Shown here one piece after another: positions 60,636 through 64,000 of a DNA stretch of 64,000 bases (position 1 is the first letter of the stretch; each line of letters starts with the position of its first letter). Source of the stretch: an uncultured Alphaproteobacteria bacterium (GTDB lineage Bacteria; Pseudomonadota; Alphaproteobacteria; HIMB59; GCA-002718135). The notes under the pieces are model-generated. The model made no database searches. It was not told the origin of the DNA and saw only the letters and a list, made by a program, of their open reading frames with translations. The stretch spans positions 24,622 through 88,621 of the forward strand of contig CACKSN010000001.1 of assembly GCA_902602845.1 (NCBI GenBank), read 5' to 3'. A program made the translations under genes and the position numbers.

Positions 60636-60760
60636 AAACAAAATTATATTATTATACTCTTATAATTTATTGTCGTTAGGACAATCTAATTGTTACTATA
60701 ACTTTTTACTAGTTAGATCAGCTTAAACTACATTTAAAAATTTTTAAAAAAATATTAGAA

Positions 60761-61594
60761 TCATAATTGACCTATAGCTCTAATTATTTTTCCATTATCA
60801 TTTATTTCATTACAATAATTTTCTAAGTTATAATTATGAAGTTTATTATAGGTTTCGCATAACAATGTTTTTGAAAACCATAACTTAAAAAATCTTTTCT
60901 TAAAATAATATGTATGTGGAATAACGATATCAGGATATTCCTTGTCTCCCTCAGTATGTTCAGCATTTGGAACTTCCCAAAATAAATAACCATCAGATTT
61001 TAAAATACGCTTAACTTCTTTTTTGAAATTTTCTATATTTTGAACATGCTCAAGAGAATGACTACCATATAAAATATCAATTGAATTAGTTTCAACTTGA
61101 TCAATATTGTGTAAAGTTTTCCAACGGTTATTATAAAAATTAGGTAGTCCACTTGGCTCAATATTTATAACATTCATATTATTAGACCACATTAAATGTG
61201 ATAAACCGCCATGGCCTGCTCCAAAATTTAAAAAAGTATTATTTTTTATAATTTTATTAATCATATATTCTTTTAAAATATTAAAATGGACTATGTCCCT
61301 ATAACTTAAACCTTTAATTTTTGTCGGAAATACATCCCAATAAGAATTACTATAATAATTGTCTAATTCTTTACTACTAGGCATAGGATCTAAGTAGTAG
61401 TAATTTTGATCATCAGATAAAGTGATTTTTCTATTTAAAAAAATTTTTTGAAACTTATAGTCACTTTTTTGCAAGTAAATTAATAAAGTTTTATTGATAA
61501 GACGCTTTAAAAAAAAATTCAATATCTTAAGAATTAATGGCAAAAAACCTTTTTCTTTGAAAAATAGTTTTGCAATTTGAAATTTTTTTTTCAT
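60761..61594 (-). CDS. class I SAM-dependent methyltransferase
   Basis: 277 aa. Motif I FLNFGAGHGGLS and a post-I/II pattern (DILYGSHSLEHV). Substrate unknown. Confidence 0.72.
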   Translation of the reverse strand: MKKKFQIAKLFFKEKGFLPLILKILNFFLKRLINKTLLIYLQKSDYKFQKIFLNRKITLSDDQNYYYLDPMPSSKELDNYYSNSYWDVFPTKIKGLSYRDIVHFNILKEYMINKIIKNNTFLNFGAGHGGLSHLMWSNNMNVINIEPSGLPNFYNNRWKTLHNIDQVETNSIDILYGSHSLEHVQNIENFKKEVKRILKSDGYLFWEVPNAEHTEGDKEYPDIVIPHTYYFKKRFFKLWFSKTLLCETYNKLHNYNLENYCNEINDNGKIIRAIGQL

Positions 61595-61953
61595 AATTTT
61601 AAATAGATTAATACAGCCATAAAATGTTTATACATTAAATATTTATTTAATTTTAAAAGTAATATAAATAAAATTTATAATATATAATCTAAAACATTAA
61701 AATTCGTTATTTCTTTTTGAGAATAAGCAAAAATATTTAATTTTCTTACAATTTATTTTTATTTAAGAATAACTAAAAATTAAGACTGATCTAAAAAAAT
61801 ATTAAATTCTAATTCATAATCAAATATGATATAAACATAGTAAATATTAATTAAAATTAAATGCTGAATCCTTTTTAGGATTGTCTTGTATATTTTGTGA
61901 ATGTAAATTACTCATTAATTAACATAACAACCTAAAAGAAATGTGAGGAATAG

Positions 61954-62319
61954 ATGAAAAAATTTGATGAATTAATGAGTGTTAAAAATGAGATTAAAAA
62001 TATATCTGCATCAGAAGCAAGAGAAAAACTAAATGATACAAATGTACAATTTATTGATGTTAGAGATAAAGAAAGTTTTGATAAAGGAACAATAGGAAAC
62101 GCAATTCATTTGGATAGAGCTTTTCTAGAATTTTATTTAGCTGAAGGCAGTCCTCTAGAAAATAAATTTTTTAAAGAAAATCCTGACAAAGAATATGTGG
62201 TATTTTGTGGTGTTGGTGGACAAGGAGCTTTATCAACCAAAACAATGAAAGATATGGGTATTAAGAATGTTAAGAATATTACTGGCGGTATGGCTGAATG
62301 GGAAAAATTAAAAAAATGA
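61954..62319 (+). CDS. rhodanese-like domain protein
   Basis: 121 aa. Active-site loop VVFCGVGGQG and C-terminal NITGGMAEW, typical of single-domain rhodanese. Confidence 0.85.
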   Translation: MKKFDELMSVKNEIKNISASEAREKLNDTNVQFIDVRDKESFDKGTIGNAIHLDRAFLEFYLAEGSPLENKFFKENPDKEYVVFCGVGGQGALSTKTMKDMGIKNVKNITGGMAEWEKLKK

Positions 62320-62422
62320 TTTTATTAAATAAAAATGATTATTTTGGATTAAAATATTTTAAGCACAAAGTACCACAAAGCCCCAGTGCAAAAATTTAAT
62401 TAGTTAAATAATATACTTTTGA

Positions 62423-62830
62423 ATGATGCTGAAGTTATCTATTATTATACTTTTACTATTGAATTCATCTATATCTATAGGATCTACAAAAAATAATCTT
62501 CCAAATAATCAACTATTATGTCCTAAATTACTATGGGGGTTTGAATTTATTTCATCAAATAGAGTCAAAGTAATTGAAACAAATCTTAATAATATAACAT
62601 CATTTAATGAATATTTTTATGATATAGATTTAGAATTATCTTACATTAACATATTCTCGAGTGAAAATAATATTAGAGATAGAGTATATTCTATTGAGCT
62701 CAATTCCTTGAGAGTTGACGTTTGGACAATGACTGGCGGTGGATTTACAACTAGAGAAATGTTTCCAATTGGTTTGTGTAAGTTTGTAGAAATTGATAAT
62801 TTTTTATCTTACATAGAAAATTTAAAATGA
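62423..62830 (+). CDS. hypothetical exported protein
   Basis: 135 aa. N-terminal signal-like MMLKLSIIILLLLNSSISIGS. No recognisable family. 4-nt ATGA overlap with sspB. Confidence 0.55.
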   Translation: MMLKLSIIILLLLNSSISIGSTKNNLPNNQLLCPKLLWGFEFISSNRVKVIETNLNNITSFNEYFYDIDLELSYINIFSSENNIRDRVYSIELNSLRVDVWTMTGGGFTTREMFPIGLCKFVEIDNFLSYIENLK

Positions 62831-63258
62831 TTGAATATCAAAATATATTAGACAGAAATATGTTAAACGTATTTAAAGATATTTTGATTAATATCAAAGA
62901 AGAAGGACTAAAAAATAATAATCACCTCTACATTACATTTTCTACTAAACATCAAAATGTTAAACTACCAAATTGGTTAAGACAAAAATATCCAGAAGAA
63001 ATGACTATAGTAATTCAATACGAATATTATGATCTTGAAATAAATAAAAATAATTTTTCAATTTCACTTTCATTTAATGATATAAAAACAAATTTAATAA
63101 TAGATTATAATTCTATAATCTCATTTGCAGATCCTTCAGCTAATTTTGGATTAATTTTGCAAAATCATAAAATTCAAAAGAAAATAAATAAAAAAATAGA
63201 AAAGAAAAAATCTAACAAAAATAATGTAATTAATTTTTCTAATTATAAGAAAAATTAA
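62827..63258 (+). CDS. sspB: ClpXP adaptor SspB (alphaproteobacterial type)
   Basis: 143 aa. HLYITFSTKH...KYPEEMTIVIQYEYYDLEI...FADPSANFGL matches my recollection of the Caulobacter SspB-alpha pattern (HFYITF...YPDEMTIVLQHQYWDL...FYDPSVQF). Lys-rich linker and C-terminal VINFSNYKKN tail. Confidence 0.78.
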   Translation: MIEYQNILDRNMLNVFKDILINIKEEGLKNNNHLYITFSTKHQNVKLPNWLRQKYPEEMTIVIQYEYYDLEINKNNFSISLSFNDIKTNLIIDYNSIISFADPSANFGLILQNHKIQKKINKKIEKKKSNKNNVINFSNYKKN

Positions 63259-63893
63259 TCTAAATAATAATGTTCTTTTAATTGGCCATTATCGTAGTCC
63301 AAACACAATGGGCTGCCAGTTGGAAGTTCTATCGAAGATATTTCTTCAGGCTTATACATGCCAACTTTAATCATTATTGCTCTTAGAGAATTACCATGCG
63401 CTACAATGAGAACATTTTTATTATCTAGAATAAATGGTTGAATTGTTTTGGTAAAATACGGTGAAACTCGATACACGACATCCTTAAGACTTTCACCGTT
63501 TGGTGGTGGTATATCATATGATCGTCTCCAAATATGAACTTGTTCTTTCCCAAATTTTTCAGCAGTTTCTGATTTATTTAAACCAACTAAATCACCATAA
63601 TCTCTCTCATTCAGTCTTTGATCTTTTTCATAAATAAGCATTCCATTTTTATGTAAATTTTCTATTTCTGATGCCATGATCGCAATTTCTGCTGTTTTAT
63701 TCGCTCTTTGTAAAACGCTACTAAAAATTTTATCAATTTTTATATTATTTTTTTTTAATAATAGGCCTGCATTATTTGCTTCTTTTATACCTTTTTCAGT
63801 TAATGGCACATCTTTCCAACCAGTAAATTTATTTTCTAAATTCCACTGACTTTGTCCATGTCTAAGTAAAACAAGTTTGTTCATATGTTTCAT
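63255..63893 (-). CDS. gpmA: 2,3-bisphosphoglycerate-dependent phosphoglycerate mutase
   Basis: LVLLRHGQSQWNLENKFTGW catalytic-His motif and AHGNSLRA. I prefer the start at 63893 (or 63884). The track start 63968 adds a non-homologous hydrophobic extension and would overlap the divergent gene. Confidence 0.93.
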   Translation of the reverse strand: MKHMNKLVLLRHGQSQWNLENKFTGWKDVPLTEKGIKEANNAGLLLKKNNIKIDKIFSSVLQRANKTAEIAIMASEIENLHKNGMLIYEKDQRLNERDYGDLVGLNKSETAEKFGKEQVHIWRRSYDIPPPNGESLKDVVYRVSPYFTKTIQPFILDNKNVLIVAHGNSLRAIMIKVGMYKPEEISSIELPTGSPLCLDYDNGQLKEHYYLD

Positions 63894-63925
63894 ATAATAT
63901 GTTATAATAAATTTGTTAATAAGTA

Positions 63926-64000
63926 ATGAAAAATAAAAAAAGAATAGAATTTGATAGCATAGGTTCAAAAAAAATAGATAAAAATAAGCTTTGGGGTGCA
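63926..64000 (+). CDS. class II fumarate hydratase/aspartase family protein, N-terminal 25 codons (runs out of window)
   Basis: Hand translation from the ATG at 63926 gives MKNKKRIEFDSIGSKKIDKNKLWGA. The R.E.DS.G...(I/V)...LWGA pattern is the FumC/AspA N-terminus. Confidence 0.55.
   Translation, partial: MKNKKRIEFDSIGSKKIDKNKLWGA

Noticed and set aside
61867-61882. Hairpin aatcc-ttttta-ggatt in the long AT-rich spacer
   Set aside because: It has a 5-bp stem and no flanking T-run on either strand, so it is too weak to call a terminator or regulatory element.

Overview
This is an AT-rich, very gene-dense chromosome segment; most genes abut or overlap by 1-30 nt. Gene content, a circularly permuted (two-piece) tmRNA and the degree of streamlining point to an alphaproteobacterium of the SAR11/Pelagibacterales type (inference, not searched). 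I call about 70 protein genes and one tmRNA. I found no rRNA, tRNA, CRISPR array, transposase or integrase. Housekeeping blocks are aroQ-accBC, pyrC, glyQS, ispB, rpe, uppP, a livJ-like SBP with livGFHM, mreBCD-mrdA-rodA, leuA-ilvCNB, miaA, htrA, hflKC, thyA-folA and gpmA. Three regions look accessory. (1) At 17.4-20.9 kb, a translationally coupled four-gene cassette sits behind a near-consensus sigma70 promoter: an 81-aa orphan, a small DEDDh exonuclease, a 347-aa HTH/unknown/acidic-tail protein and an ExoI-like exonuclease. It matches no described system I know and is my best candidate for something new. (2) At 21.2-36.9 kb lies a carbohydrate island: two PfkB kinases, a xylose-isomerase-like enzyme, a Tat-signal SBP ABC importer without an ATPase, FGGY kinase-SgcX-SgcQ-split transketolase-FucU, and a 1.5-domain ALDH with long-form DeoC. 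(3) The tmRNA flank carries a methyltransferase and a rhodanese bounded by unusually long AT-rich spacers and a weak repeat of the tmRNA 3' end, followed by sspB. All functional calls come from reading motifs in the supplied translations. No database search was run.
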